In this document: piece by piece, positions 1 through 8,582 of the stretch
Numbering within the stretch: position 1 is the stretch's first letter
How the letters are laid out: each line of letters begins with the position of its first letter
Assembly (NCBI GenBank): GCA_038849525.1
Contig: JAWCMS010000001.1
Span: 142,584 to 206,583, forward strand
Reading direction: 5' to 3'
From: Candidatus Pacearchaeota archaeon
GTDB taxonomy: Archaea; Nanobdellota; Nanobdellia; Pacearchaeales; JAHJTO01
Length of the DNA: 64,000 nt
The notes under the pieces: model-generated
The model's database searches: none
The model's input: the letters and a program-made list of their open reading frames with translations, nothing else
What the model was told of the DNA's origin: nothing
Position numbers and translations under genes: made by a program

Positions 1-53
1 TGTGTTATATGCTCTCTTGAGGCTGACCCATTTGACCGCTCTGGAACTCCCGC
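1..53 (-). tRNA. Partial tRNA (5' half only, runs off the window start). Type II Leu-like with anticodon loop CTCAAGA, so anticodon CAA.
   Basis: Reverse complement of 1-53 reads GCGGGAG-TT-CCA-GAGCGGTCAAA-TGG-G-TCAGC-CTCAAGA. This gives a 7-bp acceptor, a 3-bp D-stem with a long type II D-loop, and U33 with a CAA anticodon. It is truncated by the window edge. Confidence 0.4.
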
Positions 54-262
54 AAGTCTTACTAAATTTTGTGGAGTCCAAGCTCCCAAAGGGAACTCAG
101 TTAACACAAAACACCGAAGTGTTCTAAAGTTATGCTGAAACTTGGACTCCAATTTTAAAAAATTTAAGTAATATTTAAGGTTTTGTATTAAATTTGTTTA
201 TTAGATAGATTTTATTTAAAAATAAGGAAAAACTTTAAAAATCTAAAGAATACAAAGATATT

Positions 263-375
<113 letters not shown>

Positions 376-392
376 ATTGATTTTCTATTGAT

Positions 393-659
393 ATGACAAA
401 AAATAAAGAAAAAATAATTGAAGAAATAAAAGATTTATTTAAAAAAGCAGAAAACAATCCAAAAGATTCACAGAAAATTATAAAAGAAGCAAGAAAAAAG
501 GCTATGAGAGTAAACTTAAAATTACCTCTAGAATTAAGAAGGAAATTTTGCCATTATTGTAATTCCTTGCTAAAAGGAAGGATAAGACTAAAGAAAGGCA
601 AAAAAGTAATTTTTTGTGAAAAATGTAAAAAATTCACTAGAATACCATATAAAAATTAA
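393..659 (+). CDS. RNase P protein subunit Rpr2/Rpp21-like (zinc ribbon)
   Basis: 88 aa, basic. Motif R..C.YC...L.KGR.R.....KVIFCEKCKKF matches the Rpr2 C-x2-C...C-x2-C pattern. Confidence 0.55.
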   Translation: MTKNKEKIIEEIKDLFKKAENNPKDSQKIIKEARKKAMRVNLKLPLELRRKFCHYCNSLLKGRIRLKKGKKVIFCEKCKKFTRIPYKN

Positions 660-666
660 ATATCTT

Positions 667-864
667 TCAGAATTTTTTAAATTTACTAACTAATTCTAAT
701 AAGTCGACATGTCCTAGAAAAACAGCTCTGCAACAATATCTTTTCAATCCTAAATCATCGAGAACTTTTTTTACTTCTTCGCCTGCTGCTGTTCTTTTTT
801 TAAATTCTTCCCATAAATGAGCAATTGGCTTACCGCATGTAAAACATCTTACTGGTATTATCAT
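667..864 (-). CDS. rpoN: DNA-directed RNA polymerase subunit N (Rpo10/RpoN)
   Basis: 65 aa beginning MIIPVRCFTCGK with CC..RYCCR zinc motif. Sits at the conserved position next to uS9. Confidence 0.9.
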   Translation of the reverse strand: MIIPVRCFTCGKPIAHLWEEFKKRTAAGEEVKKVLDDLGLKRYCCRAVFLGHVDLLELVSKFKKF

Positions 865-940
865 TTTTTATTTATTAATATTAAATTTTTTAATCTATTA
901 AGGATTTATTAATGTTTTGATTAAATATTTTATAGTATAT

Positions 941-1396
941 TTATCTATATGATTTTTGTCTTGAAGCTCTTGCTCTCGAATCGTTAGGTTTATACATTTC
1001 TTTTCTTCTCGTATCCGCAACAAGTAATGAACGATCATAAGCAAGATATGCTGATTTTAACTCTTGAGATTTTGTAAATGCGACGAGTGATTTGGCTATA
1101 GCAAGCCTTGAAGCTTCTACTTGTGCTTCTGAACCCCCTCCTTTAACATTAACATTTATATCAAAAGCTAACTTTTGTTTTAATGTATCTTCTGCTATCC
1201 TTATCGGTTCAAGTAATGTAAGTTTTTGAAAATAAGGAAAAATTTCTATTGGTTTTTTATTTACCCTGACTATTCCTGTTCCAGCTTTTATTGTTGCTTT
1301 TGCTATAGCAGTTTTTCTTTTGCCTGAAACAGTAATAGCTATAGGTTTTGCTTCTTTTTCTTCCTTTATTTCTTTTTTTTCTTTTGTTTTTCTCAT
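941..1396 (-). CDS. rps9: 30S ribosomal protein uS9
   Basis: Motif GKRKTAIA. C-terminus ends ...SRQKSYR as is typical for S9. Confidence 0.9.
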   Translation of the reverse strand: MRKTKEKKEIKEEKEAKPIAITVSGKRKTAIAKATIKAGTGIVRVNKKPIEIFPYFQKLTLLEPIRIAEDTLKQKLAFDINVNVKGGGSEAQVEASRLAIAKSLVAFTKSQELKSAYLAYDRSLLVADTRRKEMYKPNDSRARASRQKSYR

Positions 1397-1436
1397 GAAA
1401 AATTCCTCTTTGATTTCTTCTTAATTTAAATTTTCA

Positions 1437-1838
1437 TTATAGTAATTCTTTTAGTATTTCCAGAGTAATGAAAGGAGGATTAGCTTTTGGAAATTTAATT
1501 ATCTTTTCACTTTTAGCATATTGTTCTGGTGATTCATTAAAGCATTTGATAAGCTTAAAAGCTTTTCTTCCCCTTGCAATATTCCATGGAAGCATACCCC
1601 TAATTGTCCTTTTAACAATTTTTTCAGGAATTTTTGAGATATAAGGTCCTTTCTGACTAAAGCCACCTCTTGCTAGCTTTTTTTGATATGCTTCAAGTAC
1701 TGCATGTTTTTTTCCCGTAATAACTGCTTTATTGCAATTTATTATAATTACCTTATTTCCAAGCAATGCCTGCTTCGCTGCAAAAGTTGAAAATCTTCCA
1801 AGAGCAGATCCTGCTGCATCAATTATTATTTCCTTCAT
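1437..1838 (-). CDS. rpl13: 50S ribosomal protein uL13
   Basis: Motifs IIDAAGSALGR, GNKVIIINCNKAVITGKK and RGMLP are L13 signatures. Confidence 0.9.
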   Translation of the reverse strand: MKEIIIDAAGSALGRFSTFAAKQALLGNKVIIINCNKAVITGKKHAVLEAYQKKLARGGFSQKGPYISKIPEKIVKRTIRGMLPWNIARGRKAFKLIKCFNESPEQYAKSEKIIKFPKANPPFITLEILKELL

Positions 1839-1839
1839 T

Positions 1840-2205
1840 TTAAATTAATAACATAATGCCTTCTCCTTTTTTATTTTCTTTTGCAAGTTCCTCTAAACTT
1901 ACAATTTTTGCAGTTTTCAGTTTTTGCCTTGCTTTTTCAGAAAATGAAAAAGCTGCTATTGTAATTGGCTTTGTTAATTCTCCTTCTGAAAGAACTTTTC
2001 CTGGAACTACTATTATTGAATTTGGTTTTGCAACTTTATCTATCTTGCTGATATTTACTTTAATTGATATCCTTTTAGGTTTTGCAAGATATTCAGAAAC
2101 TTTAAGCCAAAAAGGAGATTGTTTTCTAAGAAAATTAATTATTCTTATTTTTTGTGGATTTGATTTTCTCCTTATTTTTTCTTTTAATTTTGTTTGCGAT
2201 ATCAT
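1840..2205 (-). CDS. rpl18e: 50S ribosomal protein eL18 (L18e)
   Basis: 121 aa. Position in the operon and overall sequence fit the archaeal L18e pattern. Confidence 0.8.
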   Translation of the reverse strand: MISQTKLKEKIRRKSNPQKIRIINFLRKQSPFWLKVSEYLAKPKRISIKVNISKIDKVAKPNSIIVVPGKVLSEGELTKPITIAAFSFSEKARQKLKTAKIVSLEELAKENKKGEGIMLLI

Positions 2206-2245
2206 TATAAAAATTTCTTATAAGTTTCTATGAATTTTCAGTTTA

Positions 2246-2368
2246 TGCGGGGAAGAGGATTCGAACCTCTGTAGGCACTAAGCCATATGGTTTCAAAGAA
2301 CTTTGTTCTTTGTAATTCATATAAACATCTCCTTAGCCATACCCGTTTGGCCGCTCCGGCATCCCCGC
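2246..2368 (-). tRNA. tRNA, type II (Leu-like) with an intron of about 38 nt in the anticodon loop
   Basis: Minus strand reads GCGGGGA-TG-CCG-GAGCGGCCAAA-CGG-G-TATGG-CTAAGG[intron]A-CCATA-T-GGC-TTAGT-GCC-TAC-AGAGG-TTCGAAT-CCTCT-TCCCCGC-A. It has a long variable arm and a T-loop. The anticodon is ambiguous: AAG if the intron sits at 37/38. Confidence 0.75.
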
Positions 2369-2383
2369 ATTTTTTGGAAATAT

Positions 2384-3166
2384 TCAAAGTTTGTTAACAT
2401 CTTTATCTAATTCTTTAAGATTTTTTTTCAAGGCTTTAATAGATCCAATAAATATCTCTTTTGGGGTTATTTGCCCCCAGCTTTCTATTTCAAAGATAAA
2501 ATCTTTATCTGAGCCTTTTATTTTAATTTCATTTTTTCCTTTCGCTATGCATGCTTCAACACAAGCATTACATAAATCACAGTTTAAAATATTTTTTACT
2601 AAAATTTTTCCATTGCTTTCAAAAACGTTTTTTGGACACGACTTTATGCACTCTTTGCATAGGTTACAATCTTTTCCAATTTCTATATGCGGATATGCCC
2701 TAAACCAAACTAAGCCAGGAGAATATTTTGCATGTTCGATTCCTTTACCTAACCTTGCCTCTGCAGTCAGTTCAAGCTCTTGATTTTCTTGTAGCAAAAC
2801 AAGAGGAATATCAGGAAAAACAGGCTTTATTGTTTTACTTTTTAAATCGCCAGATTTTACCATACATGGACCTGTAATTTTTAATGTTAAAGTAGCTGTA
2901 CATTTCATGCAACCTTTGCCATTACAAGTACACTCTTCTGGTAAGGTAAAAGTTTTATCTGATTTTAAAGGAATAAGACCTATTCTTAAAGCAAGCATTT
3001 CATCATAAAGTACAGAATCATTTTTTGAAAATTCTATTGTATCAACTGCAAGTATTGGAACTTCTTCTGAAGACCTTCTGATAGCATTTGCATATGTACA
3101 ATTTATATCTTTAATTATAAAATTTAGTTCTTTATCATCACTTTTTAAAATTTCAATCATGCTCAT
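2384..3166 (-). CDS. rpoD: DNA-directed RNA polymerase subunit D (Rpo3) with 4Fe-4S ferredoxin-like Cys clusters
   Basis: 260 aa with CNLCKEC...CPKN and CDLCNACVEAC motifs. Position lies between uS11 and eL18. Confidence 0.85.
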   Translation of the reverse strand: MSMIEILKSDDKELNFIIKDINCTYANAIRRSSEEVPILAVDTIEFSKNDSVLYDEMLALRIGLIPLKSDKTFTLPEECTCNGKGCMKCTATLTLKITGPCMVKSGDLKSKTIKPVFPDIPLVLLQENQELELTAEARLGKGIEHAKYSPGLVWFRAYPHIEIGKDCNLCKECIKSCPKNVFESNGKILVKNILNCDLCNACVEACIAKGKNEIKIKGSDKDFIFEIESWGQITPKEIFIGSIKALKKNLKELDKDVNKL

Positions 3167-3546
3167 ACTCTTCTTCCTCGCTTACCACCTTTCGGCTTTG
3201 GTCCACCACGTGGTATAGGTGTAGTATCAAGTATATTTATTATTTTTAAACCTTCCTTTGCAAGGCTCTTTACTGCTGCATGCGCTCCTGGACCTGGAGC
3301 AGATGCTCCTGGTTTTGAAGAGATTCTTATATAAACAGAATCTATTCCAGCTTCTTTTGCAGCTTCTGCAATTCGTTTTGCACTAAACATTGCAATTGTA
3401 GGAGTAGCTTTTAACCTAGAGTGTTTTGTTATTTTCCCTCCAGAAACTTGCGCTATAGTTGTTCCAGCCATATCTGTTAAATGAAGGATAGTATTATTAA
3501 AAGTTGAATAAATATAAACTATTCCAGGAATTGATTTTTCAGGCAT
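3163..3546 (-). CDS. rps11: 30S ribosomal protein uS11
   Basis: Motifs GIVYIYSTFNNTI, DSVYIRISSKPGASAPGPGAHAA and a C-terminal PRGGPKPKGGKRGRRV tail. Confidence 0.92.
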   Translation of the reverse strand: MPEKSIPGIVYIYSTFNNTILHLTDMAGTTIAQVSGGKITKHSRLKATPTIAMFSAKRIAEAAKEAGIDSVYIRISSKPGASAPGPGAHAAVKSLAKEGLKIINILDTTPIPRGGPKPKGGKRGRRV

Positions 3547-4027
3547 TTTTTTCCTCCGTTTTTTTCTTGATTCTCTGTTCTTTTTTGGTAATTTGATTTT
3601 CTTCTTCTAAATCAACAAAATATGATGGAATATTAACTATTCTATCTTTAACTTTTATATGTTTATGGGTTATCAACTGCCTAGCTTCTTTTGGTGTTCT
3701 GGCGAGTTTTTTTTGGAAAACTATTGTTTGAAGTCTTCTTTCTAGAATCGCTTCTTTTGTTAATGCAAGAATATCATCTATTTGTGAATTTTTTTTCGCA
3801 ATTCCTTTATTTACAAGTCTCGCAATAAATTCCTGTTTTTTTTCTATTGGGGCAGTAATAAGTTTTCTCGCTTGATTTCTCAATCTGCTGAGATAATATT
3901 CTGCTTTCCAGATCTCTTTTTTATTTTTTAAGCCATATTTCTTTATTAATTGATTTTCTTCTTCTATTCTTGCTTTGTCAAATAACTTTTTTGGTTTTGA
4001 ATATTTTTTATGTTGTTTTCGAATCAT
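3539..4027 (-). CDS. rps4: 30S ribosomal protein uS4 (probable start at internal Met, position 4027)
   Basis: From MIRKQHKKYSKPKK... the sequence is S4-like. The upstream extension in the ORF track overlaps S13. An ATGA-type overlap with the rps13 stop is expected. Confidence 0.8.
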   Translation of the reverse strand: MIRKQHKKYSKPKKLFDKARIEEENQLIKKYGLKNKKEIWKAEYYLSRLRNQARKLITAPIEKKQEFIARLVNKGIAKKNSQIDDILALTKEAILERRLQTIVFQKKLARTPKEARQLITHKHIKVKDRIVNIPSYFVDLEEENQITKKEQRIKKKTEEKNA

Positions 4028-4566
4028 TTCTTCTCCTTTGATTGTGCGGCTGCTGTTCCTGGTTTTATTTTTGCTCTCATAACCCCCATTGTTGTACCTT
4101 TTCTGAAATGACTTTTTGTCCTCTGTCCACGCACAGGTTGTCCTAAGGCATGTCTCCATCCTTTATATGACTTTATTTTCTTCATTTTTCTTATATCAGA
4201 TTCTCTTGCAAAATCTAAATCAGTAGTAAGAAGATGCTTTGACTCACCTGTTTCTTCATCTTTTCTTCTATTAAGTAACCATTCTGGAATGCTTGGAGAA
4301 TGAATAAAATTTGTTATTTTCTCGATATCTTTATCGCTCAACTGTGCTATTTTCTTTTGTTTATCAATTTTCAAAGCATTGCAAATCGCATTTGACATCG
4401 CCCATGAAATTCCTTTTATTTTTGTTAAACCGTGATATACTGAAAAATTGCCAGGAATATCTGTAGAAAAAATCCTAACTAGAACTTCTGTTCTTTTTTT
4501 CTCATCTGGTTTTGTCTGAATTTTTGATAATTTTGCTTTATCCGTTATTTTTTCTTTTTCTATCAT
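4024..4566 (-). CDS. rps13: 30S ribosomal protein uS13
   Basis: Motifs RIFSTDIPGN, GISWAMSNAICN and KGWRHALGQPVRGQRTKSHFRKG are S13 signatures. Confidence 0.92.
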   Translation of the reverse strand: MIEKEKITDKAKLSKIQTKPDEKKRTEVLVRIFSTDIPGNFSVYHGLTKIKGISWAMSNAICNALKIDKQKKIAQLSDKDIEKITNFIHSPSIPEWLLNRRKDEETGESKHLLTTDLDFARESDIRKMKKIKSYKGWRHALGQPVRGQRTKSHFRKGTTMGVMRAKIKPGTAAAQSKEKK

Positions 4567-4568
4567 TT

Positions 4569-5108
4569 TTATGCAACAAAAAGTTTGTATTTTACCGTCT
4601 CTGTAAGTTCTTCCAACAAGCGCTTTTCTATTGTTTTTTTAGGATCTGGAATTGCTTTTATTCGCTTTTTTATATCTTCAAATGAAGTAAACGGCTTTTT
4701 TTCTCTTTCTTTCAGAACAGCTTGCATATGTTTTTTGCCAAATCCCGGGAGTAATTCAAATTGATGTACTCTTGTATTAATTGGTTCTGCCTTATTAAAA
4801 AAGTCTACAAATCTTTGTTCCTGTTCAGATACTACCTTTTGGACAAAATCTTGTAGTTCAATTTTTGCAGTTTCTGTAAGCTTTTCTTTTGGCAGTCTGC
4901 CAAGAATGTATGAAATTTTATCCCTCTTGCCAGAGCCTATGTAAATTTCTTCTTTTAGCTGTAAAGTTACACCTCGTCTTGGAACAAGTTGTAAAAGAGT
5001 AAAGTGTTTGGTGCCTATAGCCTGGGCTATCGGAATCATTTTTCCTTCCAATGGATAACCATTTGGTAGGAAGTCTAATACAATCGCGGTTTCTTCTTTT
5101 TCTTCCAT
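4569..5108 (-). CDS. DUF655/COG1491 predicted nucleic-acid-binding protein (OB plus HhH)
   Basis: 179 aa. Its conserved archaeal position is immediately downstream of rpoF and L21e. Confidence 0.55.
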   Translation of the reverse strand: MEEKEETAIVLDFLPNGYPLEGKMIPIAQAIGTKHFTLLQLVPRRGVTLQLKEEIYIGSGKRDKISYILGRLPKEKLTETAKIELQDFVQKVVSEQEQRFVDFFNKAEPINTRVHQFELLPGFGKKHMQAVLKEREKKPFTSFEDIKKRIKAIPDPKKTIEKRLLEELTETVKYKLFVA

Positions 5109-5110
5109 TT

Positions 5111-5443
5111 TTATTTAATTTGTTTAATAACTCCGAGTATTGAATCAATTTCATCTTGTTCAAGTGAAATATCCTCACCAACAAAAATTTTCTTTAAGTC
5201 TTCTGCATCCTCTGGCATTAAATCTATTATTTTGGCTATTATTTTTGGATTTAGTTTTATTATATTAAGGTTCTGAAGGTTATTTTTTAATTTTTTTATT
5301 TGTTCTGGTTTAAGTTTTACAAAATTTTTCAAATAAGTTAAAGTCTCCTTTGCTTTTTGATTCTCTTCTATCTCATTTTTTCCAAGATTTTCAATTATTT
5401 CTTTTACTTCTCCTAACGTCTGAACTTCTGCCGATTTTATCAT
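5111..5443 (-). CDS. rpoF: DNA-directed RNA polymerase subunit F (Rpo4/RpoF)
   Basis: 110 aa. Motifs FVKLKPEQIKKLKNNL and KIIDLMPEDAEDLKKIF resemble Methanocaldococcus RpoF (FAKLKPEQ..., LLPED...). Confidence 0.75.
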   Translation of the reverse strand: MIKSAEVQTLGEVKEIIENLGKNEIEENQKAKETLTYLKNFVKLKPEQIKKLKNNLQNLNIIKLNPKIIAKIIDLMPEDAEDLKKIFVGEDISLEQDEIDSILGVIKQIK

Positions 5444-5459
5444 TTTTATGTAGAAAAAA

Positions 5460-5714
5460 TTATGCTAAGAGCTTTTTTAAATGTATCTTTTGAACAATAA
5501 ATTTTTTGTCTTTCCTGCCATCATTAATACTAACAATAAGAGACTTTCCTTGTTTCCCTATAACTTTTCCAGTTTTTCCCTGAAAACGAATAGGAAAACC
5601 GCAACGATAACTAAGATCTTTTACTAAAGCGACTTTATCCCCTATATTAATTTCTGCAAAAACCCTGCTAAGACCAAGTTTACCTTTTTGCCTAATTTTT
5701 TTGTGGGATAACAT
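5460..5714 (-). CDS. rpl21e: 50S ribosomal protein eL21 (L21e)
   Basis: 84 aa with GDKV...GKTGKV motif. Lies in the conserved L21e-RpoF-DUF655 arrangement. Confidence 0.8.
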   Translation of the reverse strand: MLSHKKIRQKGKLGLSRVFAEINIGDKVALVKDLSYRCGFPIRFQGKTGKVIGKQGKSLIVSINDGRKDKKFIVQKIHLKKLLA

Positions 5715-5715
5715 T

Positions 5716-6081
5716 TTATCTTTGATAGGTCAATTTATCATGTCGTTGCTCTTTTTTTATAAATTTTACAACAGCTGTATAGATTTTTTCGCAAACATCT
5801 GAGACTGCATTGTAAAGATTCCACTTCGTAACACTTGCTGTGAACCTTGTATTTTTATCTATAAAAACAACACCATTGATTTCATGCTTAAAACTTTTGC
5901 CTTTTTGATGTTGTTGTAAGGTTAATTTCAATTCTTCAAAGGAACATACTTCTGAAAGCTTTTTTATGTATGTCATAACTATTTTTTGAATTTTTTCTAG
6001 TTCTACAGGTTCAAGAACTTCAAAGCCTATTAAAGCAACATTTCCTTTAATCTTGATTTCTTTCTGCATAGAGAATAGCAA
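5716..6081 (-). CDS. hypothetical protein
   Basis: 121-aa ORF co-oriented with the r-protein cluster. No recognisable motif. Confidence 0.4.
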   Translation of the reverse strand: MLFSMQKEIKIKGNVALIGFEVLEPVELEKIQKIVMTYIKKLSEVCSFEELKLTLQQHQKGKSFKHEINGVVFIDKNTRFTASVTKWNLYNAVSDVCEKIYTAVVKFIKKEQRHDKLTYQR

Positions 6082-6119
6082 ACCAAAAGCTTTTAAAAAG
6101 TTTTTTATTAGATAAATAG

Positions 6120-6845
6120 ATGAGTATATTAAAAAATCTGCTAAAAGGATTTATTAAAATCTTTTTGGTTCTTACAATAATACTTTTCATTTTGGCATCG
6201 ACAGGAGCTCATTTTACAGAAAAGGAAAATTTAAAGTATTTAATTCAAGAAATAATGGTTGAACAAATCGATAAAAACTATCTTAAAACAATAACCGATG
6301 AATTAAATAATTTATGTTATCAACATGAAAATGAGGTAATTAATAGATACGTTTATGAAATTAATACAACAATAAATATAGACTGCACTAAAATTAGTGA
6401 GGAATACGCAAAAAAGATATTCAAAGATTATGTAGTTGATAAAGAAATTGAAAATCTATATGCTCAAAAATGTACTGGATTTAAGTGTTTTGCAAATTTT
6501 TCAGCTGCTGCAAGCCAATCAGCGCATAGTTTTCTTAGAAAATTAGAAGTTGTTTTTGCAATTTTAGCATTAATTTTTGTAGTTTTGTTATTTTTATTGA
6601 CAAAAAAGGTTTCTAATAAAATGTTTGCAATTGGAATTCCTTTATTTATCTGTGGGGTTCCTTATTTCTTTATTGAAACTATAAAGAAAAAAATTTTTTT
6701 AACTATCTCTAATGCTGTTATAATAAAAATAATTATAGATGCAATTTTTGATTATGCTAGCAATTTATTTTTGGTGATATTAATAATAAGCATTATTCTC
6801 ATTGCTATTGGATTTATTATAAAAATAATTTTTAAAAAAAGCTAA
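6120..6845 (+). CDS. hypothetical membrane protein
   Basis: 241 aa with N-terminal and C-terminal hydrophobic segments. Confidence 0.45.
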   Translation: MSILKNLLKGFIKIFLVLTIILFILASTGAHFTEKENLKYLIQEIMVEQIDKNYLKTITDELNNLCYQHENEVINRYVYEINTTINIDCTKISEEYAKKIFKDYVVDKEIENLYAQKCTGFKCFANFSAAASQSAHSFLRKLEVVFAILALIFVVLLFLLTKKVSNKMFAIGIPLFICGVPYFFIETIKKKIFLTISNAVIIKIIIDAIFDYASNLFLVILIISIILIAIGFIIKIIFKKS

Positions 6846-7648
6846 AGAGAATCAAAAGGAGATTTAATTTTCTTTAACTCATCTGTTGAAACATGTGTAT
6901 ATATTTGGGTTGTATTAAGATTAGAATGACCAAGTAGTTCTTGGATGTAACGAATATCTGTTCCAGCTTCAAGAAGATGTGTAGCAAAGCTGTGTCTTAA
7001 AGTGTGAGGTGTAACTTTTTTTTGTATATTTGCTTTTTTTGTTGCTAATTTTACTATCTTTTGAATATTTCGCGTTGTTAAAGGTTTGTCTTTTGAAAAT
7101 AAGTATTGATAGTTTGGATGTTTATCTATGAATGCTTTTAGTTCTGGAATTATTTTCTCTGGTATAATAAAAATCCTATCCTTATTACCTTTTCCAGATT
7201 TTATTATTCCTGTTCGGTTTTCTAAATTCAAATCTAAAATTTTTAAATTTACCAATTCTGAAACTCTTAGACCAGTAGCATAAATAAAAGAAATTATTAA
7301 CTTCGACTTATTTGTATCTGCACTTTCTATTATTCTTTTAACTTCTTCTTTAGTTAATACCAAAGGTAGTTTTTTTTCCTTTTTTATTGGATGTATGTTA
7401 GCAAAAATTTCCTTTCCTAAAATTTTTTCATAATAAAATTTTAATGAAGCTAATGCAAGGGTGACAGTTGCTGTTGATTTTTTATCTAAAGATGCTATAA
7501 ACTGTTTTATATCATCTAAATTAACTAAATCTGCAGATTTTTTTATAAATTCAAGAAATTTTTTGTTGAAAAAAAGATAATTTTTTATTGTTTTTTCTGA
7601 TTTTCTTTGTAAACGCAATTCTGTTTCTAGTTTTTTTAGATCATCCAT
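6842..7648 (-). CDS. xerA: Tyrosine recombinase XerA/XerC-like
   Basis: C-terminal catalytic motif HTLRHSFATHLLEAGTDIRYIQELLGHSNLNTTQIYTHV (R, H-x-x-R, Y). Size of 268 aa is typical of XerA. Confidence 0.85.
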   Translation of the reverse strand: MDDLKKLETELRLQRKSEKTIKNYLFFNKKFLEFIKKSADLVNLDDIKQFIASLDKKSTATVTLALASLKFYYEKILGKEIFANIHPIKKEKKLPLVLTKEEVKRIIESADTNKSKLIISFIYATGLRVSELVNLKILDLNLENRTGIIKSGKGNKDRIFIIPEKIIPELKAFIDKHPNYQYLFSKDKPLTTRNIQKIVKLATKKANIQKKVTPHTLRHSFATHLLEAGTDIRYIQELLGHSNLNTTQIYTHVSTDELKKIKSPFDSL

Positions 7649-7678
7649 CTTTTTAGAATAAGAATATTAAACGAACTT

Positions 7679-7710
7679 GTTTTATAAATATTGCTATATT
7701 TTATATCTTA
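7679..7710. other. Candidate dif-like imperfect palindrome next to xerA
   Basis: TTTATAAATAT-TGC-TATATTTTATAT forms two imperfect inverted arms around a short spacer. It lies 30 bp upstream of xerA. Confidence 0.25.
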
Positions 7711-7783
7711 TTCAATTAAAGCTCTGTTACTTAGTAAAATATTAAATGTCAATTATTAGTTGTAAGATCCACACTATTCAAAA

Positions 7784-8491
7784 TTATTTTTTCTTTTTTT
7801 GAATTTCTGTTTCTAAATAAACTTGACCAAATAAAGAAAATGATATTACTCCAATAATAAAAGAGTATATTGCTGAGCCTACATAAGGAATCAAGCCCAG
7901 GATTATACTAAATAATATACCAATAAAGGCCATTAAGATCCAAGCAACAAAATATTTTCCAGTAAATGCTTTTTTAAATATTCTTTTAAACTTAAAAGCT
8001 CCTGAAAAATTATTTTCTTGTAAATAAGAAAGAACAGCTATTGGTATGACATAAATTGCAACTAAAAATAACAAAGTTGAAAAAATAATAAAAGGAATAG
8101 CGTTGATTAATAATGGCCTTAAATTATCTATTATGGGTGAGATCAGAGCCATCTTAGCTTCGTCTGTAGCAGCATTAGAGATATCTTCTAAAGACAGTAA
8201 TGTTAATAATTGAACCATTAATGAACCTACTCCCACTATAAAAATAATTATTGCAGGTAAAAAATAAATTATAGAAATGAGAAAATTAAAAAAACCTTTT
8301 ATAAAAAGATTACCAAAGTTTTTCCATTCTGGCATTTTTTTACTCGGCTTTGTTTTTCCTACGCCAGAACATTCTAATATAAAGCCTACAGCAAACCAGT
8401 TTATTATAGGGAGTATAGAAAAGAGTATTCCAATTATTAACTTTTTGATATCTGTAAAAGGCTTTTCAAATGCGCTTGTATAATCTACCAT
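7784..8491 (-). CDS. polytopic membrane protein (DUF4013-like)
   Basis: 235 aa with multiple TM helices. Confidence 0.45.
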   Translation of the reverse strand: MVDYTSAFEKPFTDIKKLIIGILFSILPIINWFAVGFILECSGVGKTKPSKKMPEWKNFGNLFIKGFFNFLISIIYFLPAIIIFIVGVGSLMVQLLTLLSLEDISNAATDEAKMALISPIIDNLRPLLINAIPFIIFSTLLFLVAIYVIPIAVLSYLQENNFSGAFKFKRIFKKAFTGKYFVAWILMAFIGILFSIILGLIPYVGSAIYSFIIGVISFSLFGQVYLETEIQKKKK

Positions 8492-8582
8492 CTTTTTAAA
8501 AAAAGAAAATAGGGTTAATAAAACTTTTGTAAATAATTTTCAGAAAAAACGAGAGCATAGATGTTAGATTGCTTAGGAAAAA

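Noticed and set aside
1-260. 3' end of a 23S rRNA upstream of the 5S
   Set aside because: No conserved 23S 3'-domain sequence. Instead a partial tRNA (minus strand) and an AT-rich spacer are present.
1856-2233. 125-aa plus-strand ORF
   Set aside because: Antisense to the well-supported eL18 gene. Low-complexity Phe/Ser-rich translation. Spurious.
2391-2783. 130-aa plus-strand ORF
   Set aside because: Lies entirely inside rpoD on the opposite strand. Spurious.
4918-5184. 88-aa minus-strand ORF
   Set aside because: Alternative frame overlapping DUF655 and rpoF coding sequences. Spurious.
6842-7648. Integrase as a marker of a prophage or integrated element
   Set aside because: Size and motifs fit the chromosomal XerA. 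It has no flanking tRNA or att duplication and sits between housekeeping genes. Retained only as a weak possibility under the island finding.
8277-8483. 68-aa plus-strand ORF
   Set aside because: Antisense within the membrane-protein gene 7784..8491.
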